A stretch of DNA of 64,000 bases from an uncultured Gammaproteobacteria bacterium (GTDB lineage: Bacteria; Pseudomonadota; Gammaproteobacteria; UBA9214): NCBI GenBank assembly GCA_963827755.1, contig CAWHCQ010000011.1, forward strand, positions 32,001 to 96,000, given 5' to 3'. Below are positions 1 through 9,676 of the stretch, one piece after another. Every line of letters starts with the position of its first letter. The stretch's first letter is position 1. The notes under the pieces were generated by a model. That model saw only the letters and a program-made list of their open reading frames with translations, had not been told where the DNA came from and ran no database searches. The position numbers and the translations under genes were made by a program.

Positions 1-95
1 CTGCATTGTACTCGATTCTGTTGCCATGAATACATGCCTGATTGACAGGCATTTATGCCGGGACTTTGCCGGAATTATTTTTTAATAACAGTTAT

Positions 96-830
96 CTATG
101 TTGTCCCGGTCCAGGCACCGGCTGGCGGGCGAGGGCCGAAAATCGCACTGCCGACGCGTATCATGGTGGCACCCTCTGCAATCGCGTCCTCGAAATCACC
201 ACTCATACCCATTGAATATTCGCTGAACAGCCCCGCACCGTAGCGCCTGGCACACTGCTGACCGAGTTCATACAGGGCGGAGAAATCCCTGCGACGTTGT
301 GTTTTTGTTGCATCGCGCAGGCCGATCGTCATCAGTCCGCGTATTTCCAGGCCGTCGGGCCCGGCACTCAGTAAATCATCAATGAAGCGGAACAAACCGG
401 CAGGCGGCAGGCCGGATTTATCGGGATCGCCGGCAATATTGACCTGCAGCAGCACCCGCAGTGAAGTCGCAGCCGTTTGAGCGGCATGCGAAAGTTTCTT
501 TGCAAGTTTAAGGCTGTCCAGGGTGTGCAACCAGTCGAAATTTCGCGGAACATATTTTGCCTTGTTGCTTTGCAGGTGACCGATAAAGTGCCACTCGGTC
601 GCGGGATCGTCAATCACCGCCTGTTTTGATTGTGCATCCTGTATGGTGTTCTCGCCAAAGCGGTGCTGACCGGCGAGTAGCGCCTGGCGGACATAATCCT
701 CAGGCATGTATTTGGTGACGGCTATCAGCCGTATGTCGTCCGGATTTCTTCCCGACGCTGTCGCTGCCTGGCGCATGCGCTGCCTGATTGCGTCAAGGTT
801 GGCACTGATATCGATTCGCGATGATTGCAT
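96..830 (-). CDS. yggS: YggS/PLPBP family pyridoxal phosphate homeostasis protein
   Basis: Motifs LIAVTKY, FGEN, WHFIGHLQSNK, SMGMSGDFEDAIAEGATMIRVGSAIFG. Confidence 0.95.
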   Translation of the reverse strand: MQSSRIDISANLDAIRQRMRQAATASGRNPDDIRLIAVTKYMPEDYVRQALLAGQHRFGENTIQDAQSKQAVIDDPATEWHFIGHLQSNKAKYVPRNFDWLHTLDSLKLAKKLSHAAQTAATSLRVLLQVNIAGDPDKSGLPPAGLFRFIDDLLSAGPDGLEIRGLMTIGLRDATKTQRRRDFSALYELGQQCARRYGAGLFSEYSMGMSGDFEDAIAEGATMIRVGSAIFGPRPPAGAWTGTT

Positions 831-856
831 CTGCTCTAGCCGGAACCCGGCCCGGG

Positions 857-1807
857 TTATGCCTGTACTACATTCCTGGGTGTGCCGGCCATGAAGGCCT
901 GGATGTTTCGCGCAATTTCATTGACCAGGTTCTGGCGTGCATTGATTCCCGCCCAGGCAATATGCGGGGTCACGATCAGGTTGGGTAATGACGGGTCAAG
1001 TAACGGATTACCGTTGACTGGCGGTTCCTCGCTGAGCACATCAATGCCTGCACCGGCAATGCGGCCGCTGCGCAGTGCCTCTGCCAGCGCCACTTCGTTG
1101 ATTATCCCGCCGCGCGCCGTATTTATGAGGATGGCATCCTCGCGCATCAGTGCCAGTTCCCGCCGATCAATCAGGTTACGGGTCGTCTCTGTCAGCGGGC
1201 AGTGCACGCTGACGATTGCGGCTTCAGCCAGCAGTCTTTCAAGCGGTACACGTCCCGGGTCAGGTGGCGTGCCGGGGCGTTGTGCGACGAGAATTTGCAT
1301 TCCGAATACTTTGGCCGTGGCCGCGACGGCCTTGCCAAGTTCGCCGTAGCCGATGATGCCCAGTGTTTGACCGCCCAGTTCACGTATCGGGTAATCGAGC
1401 AGGCAAAATTCGTCTGCGGCTTGCCATGCCCCATGATTGACTGCAATACGGTATTTCTCGAAGTTGCGTACCAGGTTGAGAATGAGTGTGAATACGTGTT
1501 CAACAACGGAGGCTGTTGCATAGGCGCGTATGTTGCAAACCGTTATATTCCTTTCGCGGGCGGTATCCAGGTCAATATTATTGGTACCCGTTGCCGCAAT
1601 ACACACCAGTTTCAGGCGTTCGGCTGCCAGCAGTGTGTCACGATCCAGGCGGATCTTGTTGGTGACGACAACATTCGCATTACGTATTGCCCGGCTGGCA
1701 TCGCCGGTTTTCCTCAGCAGTGACCAGCCGGGCAGGGTTGATTCAAGCAACTGGAGATCGAGGTCATTGCGGTCAACTGTTTCGAGATCGAGGAAAACCC
1801 CATGCAT
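857..1807 (-). CDS. D-2-hydroxyacid dehydrogenase (glycerate dehydrogenase/HprA-like)
   Basis: GIIGYGELG Rossmann motif, INTARGG, TPHIAW. Confidence 0.9.
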   Translation of the reverse strand: MHGVFLDLETVDRNDLDLQLLESTLPGWSLLRKTGDASRAIRNANVVVTNKIRLDRDTLLAAERLKLVCIAATGTNNIDLDTARERNITVCNIRAYATASVVEHVFTLILNLVRNFEKYRIAVNHGAWQAADEFCLLDYPIRELGGQTLGIIGYGELGKAVAATAKVFGMQILVAQRPGTPPDPGRVPLERLLAEAAIVSVHCPLTETTRNLIDRRELALMREDAILINTARGGIINEVALAEALRSGRIAGAGIDVLSEEPPVNGNPLLDPSLPNLIVTPHIAWAGINARQNLVNEIARNIQAFMAGTPRNVVQA

Positions 1808-1828
1808 GATATCGAGCTTCGTTCTGTA

Positions 1829-2398
1829 TTAATTACCAAGCATGCCGTTTCGCAGTGACTTTGTAACCGGTTTATCTCCAAGCCATATGGACAGGATCGC
1901 GCGAAAGAAGTCATTGCCTTCTACCGTGCCGCGCCATTCGCCGTTTATTCTTACCTGGGTGCCACTGTCAGGCAGATAGTCAATACGAATAACATCACCT
2001 TTACGCACCGTCCGAAACAGTTTATTGAATATTACCAGTCTTGGTTCAAGGGCCTGCATCGTTGCAGGCGGGGTATTCTTTTCAAGGCCCTCGGTCCAGC
2101 CGGAAGTAATCTTGTCCTTGCTGACCTCGCTATGCAGAAAATGCATCAGGATACTGACGGCGCCTGTGTCATTCAGGATGGTCTTTGCCGCGGATTGCCT
2201 TGACTCCAGGTAGAGCGCGCCTATGTAGATATCCATGAAAAACTTTTCCCTGATGCCGGCACCGTTCAGTACCAGGGTGGGCCCGCTATTCGGCAGTGAC
2301 AGCGTGTCCGGGATGTTGACTCCTTCAATTTCCACGGCAATGGCAGTGAAGCCGGTCAGGCCCAGACAAAGCAGCAGGATAATGGATTTTATATTCAT
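1829..2398 (-). CDS. Chalcone isomerase-like periplasmic protein
   Basis: Signal peptide; LNGAGIREKFFMDIYIGALYL and FFRAILSIWLGDKPV motifs. Confidence 0.85.
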   Translation of the reverse strand: MNIKSIILLLCLGLTGFTAIAVEIEGVNIPDTLSLPNSGPTLVLNGAGIREKFFMDIYIGALYLESRQSAAKTILNDTGAVSILMHFLHSEVSKDKITSGWTEGLEKNTPPATMQALEPRLVIFNKLFRTVRKGDVIRIDYLPDSGTQVRINGEWRGTVEGNDFFRAILSIWLGDKPVTKSLRNGMLGN

Positions 2399-2423
2399 GA
2401 TGTTTCCCTGGTTTGTGCCTGTG

Positions 2424-2972
2424 TTATCCCTGCCTGGCAGGGTGGCGGTGAATGTTTTCTACATGGATCGGGAAATGGCCCGATTTCAGGTCCGTGAAAT
2501 AGTGCTCGAGTGTTAATCTCACCACGGGGAAAGCGAGTTCGTCCCAGAGAATCTGATGCTCCTCGAATAAATCGACATCGATACTTTCCGGGCCAGGCCG
2601 GTACTCCCCGCTACTCATGTCTGCGCGGAACATCATGTAGACCTGGTTGATGTGCGGGATACTGAAGACGCCGTAGAGTTTCATATTCTCAACCGTTGCG
2701 CAGGCCTCTTCCATGGTTTCACGGGCTGCAGCAGTTTCCGTTGACTCGCCATTTTCCATGAAGCCCGCGGGCAGGGTCCATAATCCATGACGGGGCTCGA
2801 TTGCACGCCGGCAAAGTAACAGCCGGTCATTCCAGACCGGGATGCAGCCGGCGACGATCTTCGGGTTCTGGTAATGTACGGTCTCGCAGGCTGCACACAC
2901 GTGACGGGGACGGTCGTCACCTTCCGGAATCAGTTCTGTCACCCGCGCTCCGCAGTTGCTGCAAAATTTCAT
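2424..2972 (-). CDS. Nudix hydrolase with N-terminal zinc ribbon
   Basis: MKFCSNCG...CAAC zinc ribbon; Nudix box GFMENGESTETAAARETMEEA; start placed at MKFC. Confidence 0.9.
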   Translation of the reverse strand: MKFCSNCGARVTELIPEGDDRPRHVCAACETVHYQNPKIVAGCIPVWNDRLLLCRRAIEPRHGLWTLPAGFMENGESTETAAARETMEEACATVENMKLYGVFSIPHINQVYMMFRADMSSGEYRPGPESIDVDLFEEHQILWDELAFPVVRLTLEHYFTDLKSGHFPIHVENIHRHPARQG

Positions 2973-3077
2973 CTGATAGTCGGCCTGGATTCTTCGACAT
3001 GTGTTGCAATATGCAAACAATAGCATATTAAACGTACCTGCTCCTGCAGATCTTTCCCCGCTGAATTTAATGTTTCG

Positions 3078-3608
3078 TCACCGGTTTTTTGTGTTGATAT
3101 ACCGGTCTGCCAGCATCAGTCCCAGCATGGTTTTTGCGTCGTTGATCGTGCCGTTACAGACCTGCTCGAGCGCCTTGCTGAACGGCATCCAGTGGATCTC
3201 GATGAGTTCGTCCGGCTGCTGTTGCGTGCCGGTTACAGCCAGTTTCCGGGCCAGAAACAGGTCGATTGTCTCGTCGCAGAAACCGGGCGTGACCAGTATC
3301 CTCCCCAGTTCTGTCCAGCTGCCGGCATGGAGTCCGGCTTCCTCGGCAAGTTCACGTAATGCCGAGTCAGCCGGCGTTTCTTCCGCTTCCAGCTTGCCGG
3401 CAGGTAATTCCCATAACCAGCCACCGGCGGCGTGCCGGTATTGACGCAGCATGCATACGCGGTCGTTTTCGTCCAGGGCGACGACTGCCGCGCCACCCGG
3501 GTGACGCACTACCTCCAGCTCCACTGCCACACCATTCGGCAAGGTGAGTGATTCTATTCCGAGCGTTATAACCCGGCCCTCGTAAATCAATCGGGTACTG
3601 TGGGACAA
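3078..3608 (-). CDS. Nudix hydrolase (ADP-ribose pyrophosphatase-like)
   Basis: RQYR, ELPAGKLE...ALRELAEEAG, DAKT motifs. Confidence 0.9.
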   Translation of the reverse strand: MSHSTRLIYEGRVITLGIESLTLPNGVAVELEVVRHPGGAAVVALDENDRVCMLRQYRHAAGGWLWELPAGKLEAEETPADSALRELAEEAGLHAGSWTELGRILVTPGFCDETIDLFLARKLAVTGTQQQPDELIEIHWMPFSKALEQVCNGTINDAKTMLGLMLADRYINTKNR

Positions 3609-3713
3609 TGGTCTACTCCTGAGTCTGGTCTGTATTCAGCCAAGTTTCAGTCATACAGCGGACACATGCAATATGCTGCCCTGTTAATTGCAACAGCAAG
3701 CGGACAATCAGCA

Positions 3714-4145
3714 ATGAAGCCATTATATGAACGCCGGCCCCTGTGTTTCTCGTGCAGTGCATGCGGTGACTGCTGTGTCACCGGAAATGATTACTACGTT
3801 TACCTGAATGGCAGGGAAGCCGAAAGAATACGCAAGTACCTGAAGTTGTCCAGCGGCTGGTTCAGGCGCCGCTACCTTGAGCAGCTCGATAATGGCGACC
3901 TGGTGGCCGCTTCCGAAGCCGATGGCCGGTGTGTATTTCTCGACGCAAACAGACAGTGCACGGTGTATTCCGTACGACCCCTGCAGTGCCGGACTTACCC
4001 TTTCTGGCCGGAGTTGACGGGCAACTCAAAGGCCTGGCAAAACGAGACGCAGCGCTGTGAGGGTATTAATCGTGGCAAGGCGGTGCCGGTAGAAAGGATA
4101 CGCAGGGCGGTCAATGCCTGTATTGCCCGGGAAGACCTTGATTAG
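3714..4145 (+). CDS. YkgJ-family (CxxCxxCC) cysteine-cluster protein
   Basis: CSACGDCC...CVFL...CTVYSVRPLQCRTYPFW. Confidence 0.85.
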   Translation: MKPLYERRPLCFSCSACGDCCVTGNDYYVYLNGREAERIRKYLKLSSGWFRRRYLEQLDNGDLVAASEADGRCVFLDANRQCTVYSVRPLQCRTYPFWPELTGNSKAWQNETQRCEGINRGKAVPVERIRRAVNACIAREDLD

Positions 4146-4978
4146 AGATGGCCGGGTTCAAACACGCAGAACATCTGTCCGGCCCCTGGAGGGCTGTGCG
4201 GGTCATGAAACAACTGCACCAGTTGCATGCCGCGGACAGGATCAAGCAATGGGCCGCGTGTCAGTGTGTCATAGGAATCTCCACCCAGTAACTGCTGTGC
4301 AATTGTCAGGTAGAGGCGATCTATTGCGCCGGTGACAAGCAAGGTGTGAAATACTGCAGGACCCGAGATGGAATAGATGCTTTGGTATTTCTCTTCTGCC
4401 AGCGCAGAGACCATCGCTCTGCCATCTACCTGTTTGCCGGGACCTGCACAGATAACCTCGATGTTGTTGTCCCTGAATGCGGCAATTCGCTGCTGGTCGG
4501 CCAGTTCGCCCGTGAAGATTATCAGCCTGCGATGGCTGTAAGGTTCCAGAGCCTCCAGCGGTATATCCAGGCTGCCACTGAGGATGGCAATGTCCGGTTG
4601 CGGCGCCAGTCCCCGCTCAATACGCCAGTCGCGAATGTCTGCATATTCGGCTTCATTACTTACAGGCAAGCGGTCCTGTGCCTCACCTGCAACTGTTTGT
4701 CTGAAATATCGTCCACTGGTGACCAGCAGGTCGGCCTGCCCGGCAAGTTCCTGGTAGAGGCGCCAGTCACGCGGGTTGGTAGTTGCGCCCGGTACGATAT
4801 GGGTGCTGCGGCCGGCGGCGGCAATGGCAATACGTCCATCAAGAGTAGTGATGAAATTGCTGAAGATAAAAGGTCGGCCGGGACCCCCCCTGGTATGCAA
4901 GCAGTGATCCAGGTAAAGGCCTTCCAGTGGCTGTTCATTGCGAGGATCCGGGTAGAGCCGGGTGACGGGTGCCTGCAT
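4142..4978 (-). CDS. RibD C-terminal domain / dihydrofolate reductase-family protein
   Basis: NFITTLDGRIA and IDRLYLTI RibD_C-type motifs; no deaminase domain. Confidence 0.7.
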   Translation of the reverse strand: MQAPVTRLYPDPRNEQPLEGLYLDHCLHTRGGPGRPFIFSNFITTLDGRIAIAAAGRSTHIVPGATTNPRDWRLYQELAGQADLLVTSGRYFRQTVAGEAQDRLPVSNEAEYADIRDWRIERGLAPQPDIAILSGSLDIPLEALEPYSHRRLIIFTGELADQQRIAAFRDNNIEVICAGPGKQVDGRAMVSALAEEKYQSIYSISGPAVFHTLLVTGAIDRLYLTIAQQLLGGDSYDTLTRGPLLDPVRGMQLVQLFHDPHSPPGAGQMFCVFEPGHL

Positions 4979-5142
4979 GTCTTTATCTCTCCGGCTTCAG
5001 GTTATTGGCAAGTTGAGCGCACCGGCACCGTTGCTGCCGCTATGTGAAAAGTTTACAAAAATATTTATATACAGGAATTATACTCGTTGCCAGGTATTTC
5101 AGGTCTGGACCGGGTAATAGCCAAAACGGAAATGAAAGTGTA

Positions 5143-7584
5143 ATGAACAATATCACTGAAAAAAAGATACCAGGTGAGATTCCTGAATATGGCCCGGATG
5201 AGCGTATTCTGGAGCTTGTTGAATGTGCCCTGTCACTGGGCGAACAGCTTTGTTTTGTACGCTGGGACAGCCATGTCTATGATAGTATGATAACGTGTGT
5301 GGACAATCTGGATAAGGCCACCGTAGCCCGGCATGGCTCACAGATCAGGCAGCAGATCCGGAATATCAGGTCGTTATTGTCCGGGTTGGCTTCGAGTATC
5401 GAGACCAGGGACTATAGTCATTTCAGCGCATTAACAGAAAGTCTGCAGGATATAAGGGCCTTGATCGCTGACCTGGAGGAGCCAGATAATGACGCACCGG
5501 CAAGCCGGGGGAGTGCTGAATTGATGCCGAAGAGTAAGCAGGTCATTGCCTTGTTGGGTGAGGAACTGGCGCTTGATGAATATATGCGCTGGCTGCTGCG
5601 TGCGGGACATGAGGTTGTCCATACCCGGATGCCGGAAGACCTCCCTGGCATGTTTGACAAGCATGAGCCGATTGCGCTGGTCGTTGACCTTGCATCTTTT
5701 GAAGATCAGTCCCGAGTGTTCGATTTTATTGCACCCCTGATGAAGGATTCTGTCTCCGTCAACAGGCTTGTTTTTCTTTCCAGGCGTGCAGACCAGGAAA
5801 TCAGGATGCGAGCGATCCAGGCGGGCAGTGATGCCTTTCTGACGAAACCGATTACCTCGCAACTGCTGATACAGCATATCGAGCTTGCGATGCTTGCCCG
5901 TCGCCATGACTATACCGTCATGCTGATCGGCGACAGCGACAGTCTGACCTCGAGGGTTGCACCCCGCCTGGAAAAGGCCGGTATCACAGTCAAGTGCCTG
6001 AGTAATGAGTCACATGCATTACTGTCGGTCATCAATTTTTCGCCTGATTTACTGGTTATCGAGCAGTCACTATCCGGTTGCCGTGGTGACGAGCTCGGCC
6101 GTGTCATTCACCAGCTTGCCGATTATGAAGATCTGCCGGTGATTTACAGCGGCGCTCGTAAGAAGGTAAAGGATTACAGGCCCGATTATCCTTCTGAATG
6201 GGTAGCCCCCGATTTTCTCGGTGAAGATGCCTTTATCCTGATGATAGACCGCCTGGTCAGCGCGTCGAGACTCCGGATGCATCGTCTCAGGCAGTTACAG
6301 ACCAGTGATCCTGTTACAGGTCTGTTGAACCGACAGGGTTTTTTCCAGCTGATCGAGCGCGGTCTTTCAGAGGATGGCTACACTGCAATTGTAGTTGTTG
6401 AATTTGAAAATCTGCAGCAACGCTACCCGCAATTGTCGCCGCAACAGGTAAACAGGTTTCTGGCGATGATTTCCAGGCACCTGGAAAGACTTGTATTGAC
6501 GCCAACCCGATCAGCGCATATCAGTGACTATACCTTCGCCAGTCTGATTTCCGGAAAAACACCGGATGAGGCCAGGAAACTGGGTTTGTTTCTGAGCCAT
6601 TCCCTGTCTTCACATATTTTTGACATTGAACAACACTCCTTGATGGTTGTATGCAGTGTCGGCATTGCAATTGCCAAAGGAATGCAAGATGAGGGAATGT
6701 CGTTGTTTACACTTGCCACGCATGCCTGCGCCGAGGCCCGGCTTGCCGGTAGTAACCGTGTCAGTGTGCGCTCGATGGACATGGCGCTTGCCACGAGGGC
6801 TGTCAGAACAGACAAGGAAATGCTGGAACTGCTGCAGGACGCGATAAGTTCCGACAGGTTCAGGCTGGTATATCAGCCTATTGCCTCCCTGCGAGGAAGT
6901 GCTGCCGAGAAATACGAAGTTCTGCTGCGGCTGGATTCCGGCAAGGGCGGGGTTATACCGCCGGGGCATTTCATTCCTTTGGCAGAAGACAACGGATTAA
7001 TGGAGTCCATTGATCGCTGGGTTGTAGGACATGCGATACAGGTCTTGCAGAAACACGGACATAACAGTCATTTTTTTGTGAAGGTTTCCTCCGGCACGCT
7101 GCGTGATCCCGGGTTTCCGCCGTTTCTGAAAGATTGTCTCACCAGGTTTGGCGCTGCCGGTGAAAGACTGGTGTTTGAAATCAGTGCAGCAAGCCTCGGT
7201 GAAGGTATCCGTCACGCAGCCGATTTTGCATTGCAAGTCGGTATGCTGGGCTGTGGCGTTCTGATTGAGCATGGCAATATCAGGCAGGACATTGCCCCGG
7301 TGCTCGGGCATATCAAGGCGAGCTATGTCAAACTGGGTGTCGATGTAATGAAGGATATAGATGATGATTTCCATGCACAGGACCTTCTGAAAAATATTAT
7401 TGACCATGCAGAACAAAAAGGTGCCATGACTATAGCCGGGTTTGTTGAGAATGCTGCCTGTCTGCAGTTATTGTGGCAATGCGGCGTGCACTATATTCAG
7501 GGTAATTTTCTGCAGAAGCCGGACACCTCACTGGATTTCGAGTTCGGTGTTGAGGGGACTGTGCAGGAGAATTTTCCGGCATAA
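5143..7584 (+). CDS. Receiver-domain(s) + degenerate GGDEF + EAL(EVL) protein, FimX-like c-di-GMP signalling protein
   Basis: REC motifs (AGSDAFLTKP; PDLLVIE), DPVTGLLNR, degenerate HISDYTF, FRLVYQPI..YEVLLRL, YIQGNFL. Confidence 0.8.
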   Translation: MNNITEKKIPGEIPEYGPDERILELVECALSLGEQLCFVRWDSHVYDSMITCVDNLDKATVARHGSQIRQQIRNIRSLLSGLASSIETRDYSHFSALTESLQDIRALIADLEEPDNDAPASRGSAELMPKSKQVIALLGEELALDEYMRWLLRAGHEVVHTRMPEDLPGMFDKHEPIALVVDLASFEDQSRVFDFIAPLMKDSVSVNRLVFLSRRADQEIRMRAIQAGSDAFLTKPITSQLLIQHIELAMLARRHDYTVMLIGDSDSLTSRVAPRLEKAGITVKCLSNESHALLSVINFSPDLLVIEQSLSGCRGDELGRVIHQLADYEDLPVIYSGARKKVKDYRPDYPSEWVAPDFLGEDAFILMIDRLVSASRLRMHRLRQLQTSDPVTGLLNRQGFFQLIERGLSEDGYTAIVVVEFENLQQRYPQLSPQQVNRFLAMISRHLERLVLTPTRSAHISDYTFASLISGKTPDEARKLGLFLSHSLSSHIFDIEQHSLMVVCSVGIAIAKGMQDEGMSLFTLATHACAEARLAGSNRVSVRSMDMALATRAVRTDKEMLELLQDAISSDRFRLVYQPIASLRGSAAEKYEVLLRLDSGKGGVIPPGHFIPLAEDNGLMESIDRWVVGHAIQVLQKHGHNSHFFVKVSSGTLRDPGFPPFLKDCLTRFGAAGERLVFEISAASLGEGIRHAADFALQVGMLGCGVLIEHGNIRQDIAPVLGHIKASYVKLGVDVMKDIDDDFHAQDLLKNIIDHAEQKGAMTIAGFVENAACLQLLWQCGVHYIQGNFLQKPDTSLDFEFGVEGTVQENFPA

Positions 7585-7611
7585 AAAAGGGGCCAACCGG
7601 CCCCTTTCTTT
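7583..7611. terminator. Bidirectional intrinsic terminator between EAL gene and iscU
   Basis: AAAAAAGGGGCC-aacc-GGCCCCTTTCTTT between convergent genes. Confidence 0.8.
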
Positions 7612-7628
7612 ATTGCTGAAAGGAATTA

Positions 7629-8030
7629 TCAGGCTTCTGCGGCCCTGTCCAGTCCCGTCTTGCCTTGATAGTCTTCAATTGCTGCCTTGATAGCATCTTC
7701 AGCAAGCACCGAGCAGTGTATCTTTACCGGTGGCAGCGCCAGTTCTTCCGCAATATCTGTATTCCTGATCTTGCGAGCTTCATCCAGTGATTTCCCCTTG
7801 ACCCACTCGGTCAGCAAGGAACTCGAAGCGATTGCGGAACCGCAACCGTAGGTTTTGAATCTGGCATCCTCGATTACGCCATTATCGCCGACCTTGATTT
7901 GCAGCCTCATGACATCGCCACAGGCGGGTGCACCAACCATACCGGTGCCGACGTGCTTGTCATCCTTGCTGAAAGAACCGACATTGCGAGGATTCTCGTA
8001 ATGGTCGAGTACTTTTTCACTATAAGCCAT
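7629..8030 (-). CDS. iscU: Fe-S cluster scaffold IscU
   Basis: MAYSEKVLDHYENPRNVG, GAPACGDVM, YGCGSAIASSS, LPPVKIHCS. Confidence 0.97.
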   Translation of the reverse strand: MAYSEKVLDHYENPRNVGSFSKDDKHVGTGMVGAPACGDVMRLQIKVGDNGVIEDARFKTYGCGSAIASSSLLTEWVKGKSLDEARKIRNTDIAEELALPPVKIHCSVLAEDAIKAAIEDYQGKTGLDRAAEA

Positions 8031-8070
8031 TTTGCATTCTCCGATTTAGACAGCTATACCAAAAACTGGA

Positions 8071-8514
8071 TCAGGCAGCAGTTTTCCTGAAGCCGGAACC
8101 GAACAGCGTCGTGCCGGACTCATCTGAAGCTGACGATACCGCTTCTTCCAGCGTGATACTGTTCAGGTAGTCGTAAATTCTGTTACTCAGATTCAGCCAC
8201 ATTCGCACACCGCCGGTTACTTCAGACTGTGCATGGGGCATTTCTTCGTGACGACTGACGTCGTCGACGGTTGCCAGGATGCTGGCGATTGTGATCTCGT
8301 TTGCAGGACGGGCAAGGCAATAACCGCCGCCTGGTCCACGCATGCCTGTGACAATGCCATGCTGACGCAGTCGCGCAAACAGCTGCTCGAGGTAAGAGAT
8401 CGAGATAGACTGCTGTGCAGAAATGTCAGCCAGCGTCACGGGCCCGTTCTTGTGCTGCAAGGCCAGTTCCATCATCGCTGTAACGGCGTGGCGGCCCTTG
8501 GTAGATAATTTCAT
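8071..8514 (-). CDS. IscR-like Rrf2 regulator lacking the Fe-S ligand residues
   Basis: MKLSTKGRHAVTAM, SYLEQLFARLR, RGPGGGY match IscR; the C-x5-C-x5-C-x2-H segment is absent. Confidence 0.88.
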   Translation of the reverse strand: MKLSTKGRHAVTAMMELALQHKNGPVTLADISAQQSISISYLEQLFARLRQHGIVTGMRGPGGGYCLARPANEITIASILATVDDVSRHEEMPHAQSEVTGGVRMWLNLSNRIYDYLNSITLEEAVSSASDESGTTLFGSGFRKTAA

Positions 8515-8635
8515 GGTCAACCTCACGGTGAATACGGTACTGCATTGGGTTTGCCCGGTTATCCTGATCCGTATCCAGTAATCCAGGAACCCGGCGCCGG
8601 GAATAAACACTGATTCCCGCTGACTTCATGCCACC

Positions 8636-8665
8636 ATAATAGTAATTGTTGAGTGTTTTAGTCAA
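8636..8665 (-). promoter_or_regulatory. Putative sigma70 promoter of the iscR-like/iscU unit
   Basis: TTGACT-N18-TATTAT on minus strand. Confidence 0.6.
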
Positions 8666-8669
8666 GTAT
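8645..8669 (-). promoter_or_regulatory. Type-1 IscR binding site overlapping the -35
   Basis: ATACTTGACTAAAACACTCAACAAT, 23/25 match to ATASYYGACTRWWWYAGTCRRSTAT. Confidence 0.8.
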
Positions 8670-8997
8670 TATACTAGCCATCTGTAGCTGGAAAAGTCGT
8701 ATTAGTGCATATAAAACAGCAAGATAAATTCACTCTATCCTTATGGGGATATGCCACGAGGGCGGGAATGCCATTGCGTGCAGGGGGTGCTGGCGAGCCC
8801 CTGCCCGGCGGCATCTGCTATTCGGCCAGCGTATCGAAAATACAGAGAAATTACATCTGCTTGACGGTCAATCTGCATAAATGCAGAGCGACAGCGGGTG
8901 CACCTTTGCTACAATGGCCCTGCAGATAACCGCGCTGGCCGGGATTTTCTGCAGGCCAGCGGTAAATCCAATAAAATCAACAAGGCAGGAGCAGGAT

Positions 8998-9450
8998 ATG
9001 GGATCAGAATATCAGGGTGTCGATCGTCGCGGTGACTCACATGAAAGACTCGATGCCCTTGTTTCCTCGCGCACAGCAACGCTGGCATTACTCGCAGAGC
9101 TGGCAACAAGGCAGCCGTTTAATCCCGATCCTTCCATGGAAAAAGCCTTGCGCCGGTTTTGCGAGGCATTGATTGACTATACCGCGAGCGCCCACTTCCA
9201 GCTCTATCGTTACCTCGCGGACAAGCGGGAACGTCGTCATAAAGTGCTTTCCCTTGCCGACAAGCTGTATCCGACCATTGTGGAAACCACTGATGTGATT
9301 CTGCGTTTCAATGATAAATACGAAGCGATGTCACTGGATAACAGTGTGGAATTCCTTGCGGTCGACCTTTCCAACCTGGGTGAATGCCTGGCTGACCGCC
9401 TGCAATGTGAAGACGAGGTCATCGAGGCGATGCGCGGAAGGGCTGGCTGA
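8998..9450 (+). CDS. rsd: Rsd/AlgQ family anti-sigma70 factor
   Basis: FCEALIDYTASAHFQLY, LRFNDKY, LSNLGECLADRLQCED. Confidence 0.85.
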   Translation: MGSEYQGVDRRGDSHERLDALVSSRTATLALLAELATRQPFNPDPSMEKALRRFCEALIDYTASAHFQLYRYLADKRERRHKVLSLADKLYPTIVETTDVILRFNDKYEAMSLDNSVEFLAVDLSNLGECLADRLQCEDEVIEAMRGRAG

Positions 9451-9676
9451 GTTCACGGCAGCAGTGTTCCCCCTGGCAGCGGGACAGGGGTGGATCGGCT
9501 TTGCGAATACGGCTGTCACTACAGCCGGCATTATCACCCCATTGAGTGGCTGCACTATCTGCCGGGCTGAAATACACAAAATCCCCTGATTGGTTTCACT
9601 AACGCGTTTTCAGAACTCATCTGCTTCATTATGCAAAGTTACCCTTAAACAGAGACCAACCGAGGAGAGATCCTGG

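Noticed and set aside
8998-9450. Rsd as the output of the nearby partner-switching module
   Set aside because: About 5 kb away, on the opposite strand and separated by mazG and mla genes; no sequence evidence for a link
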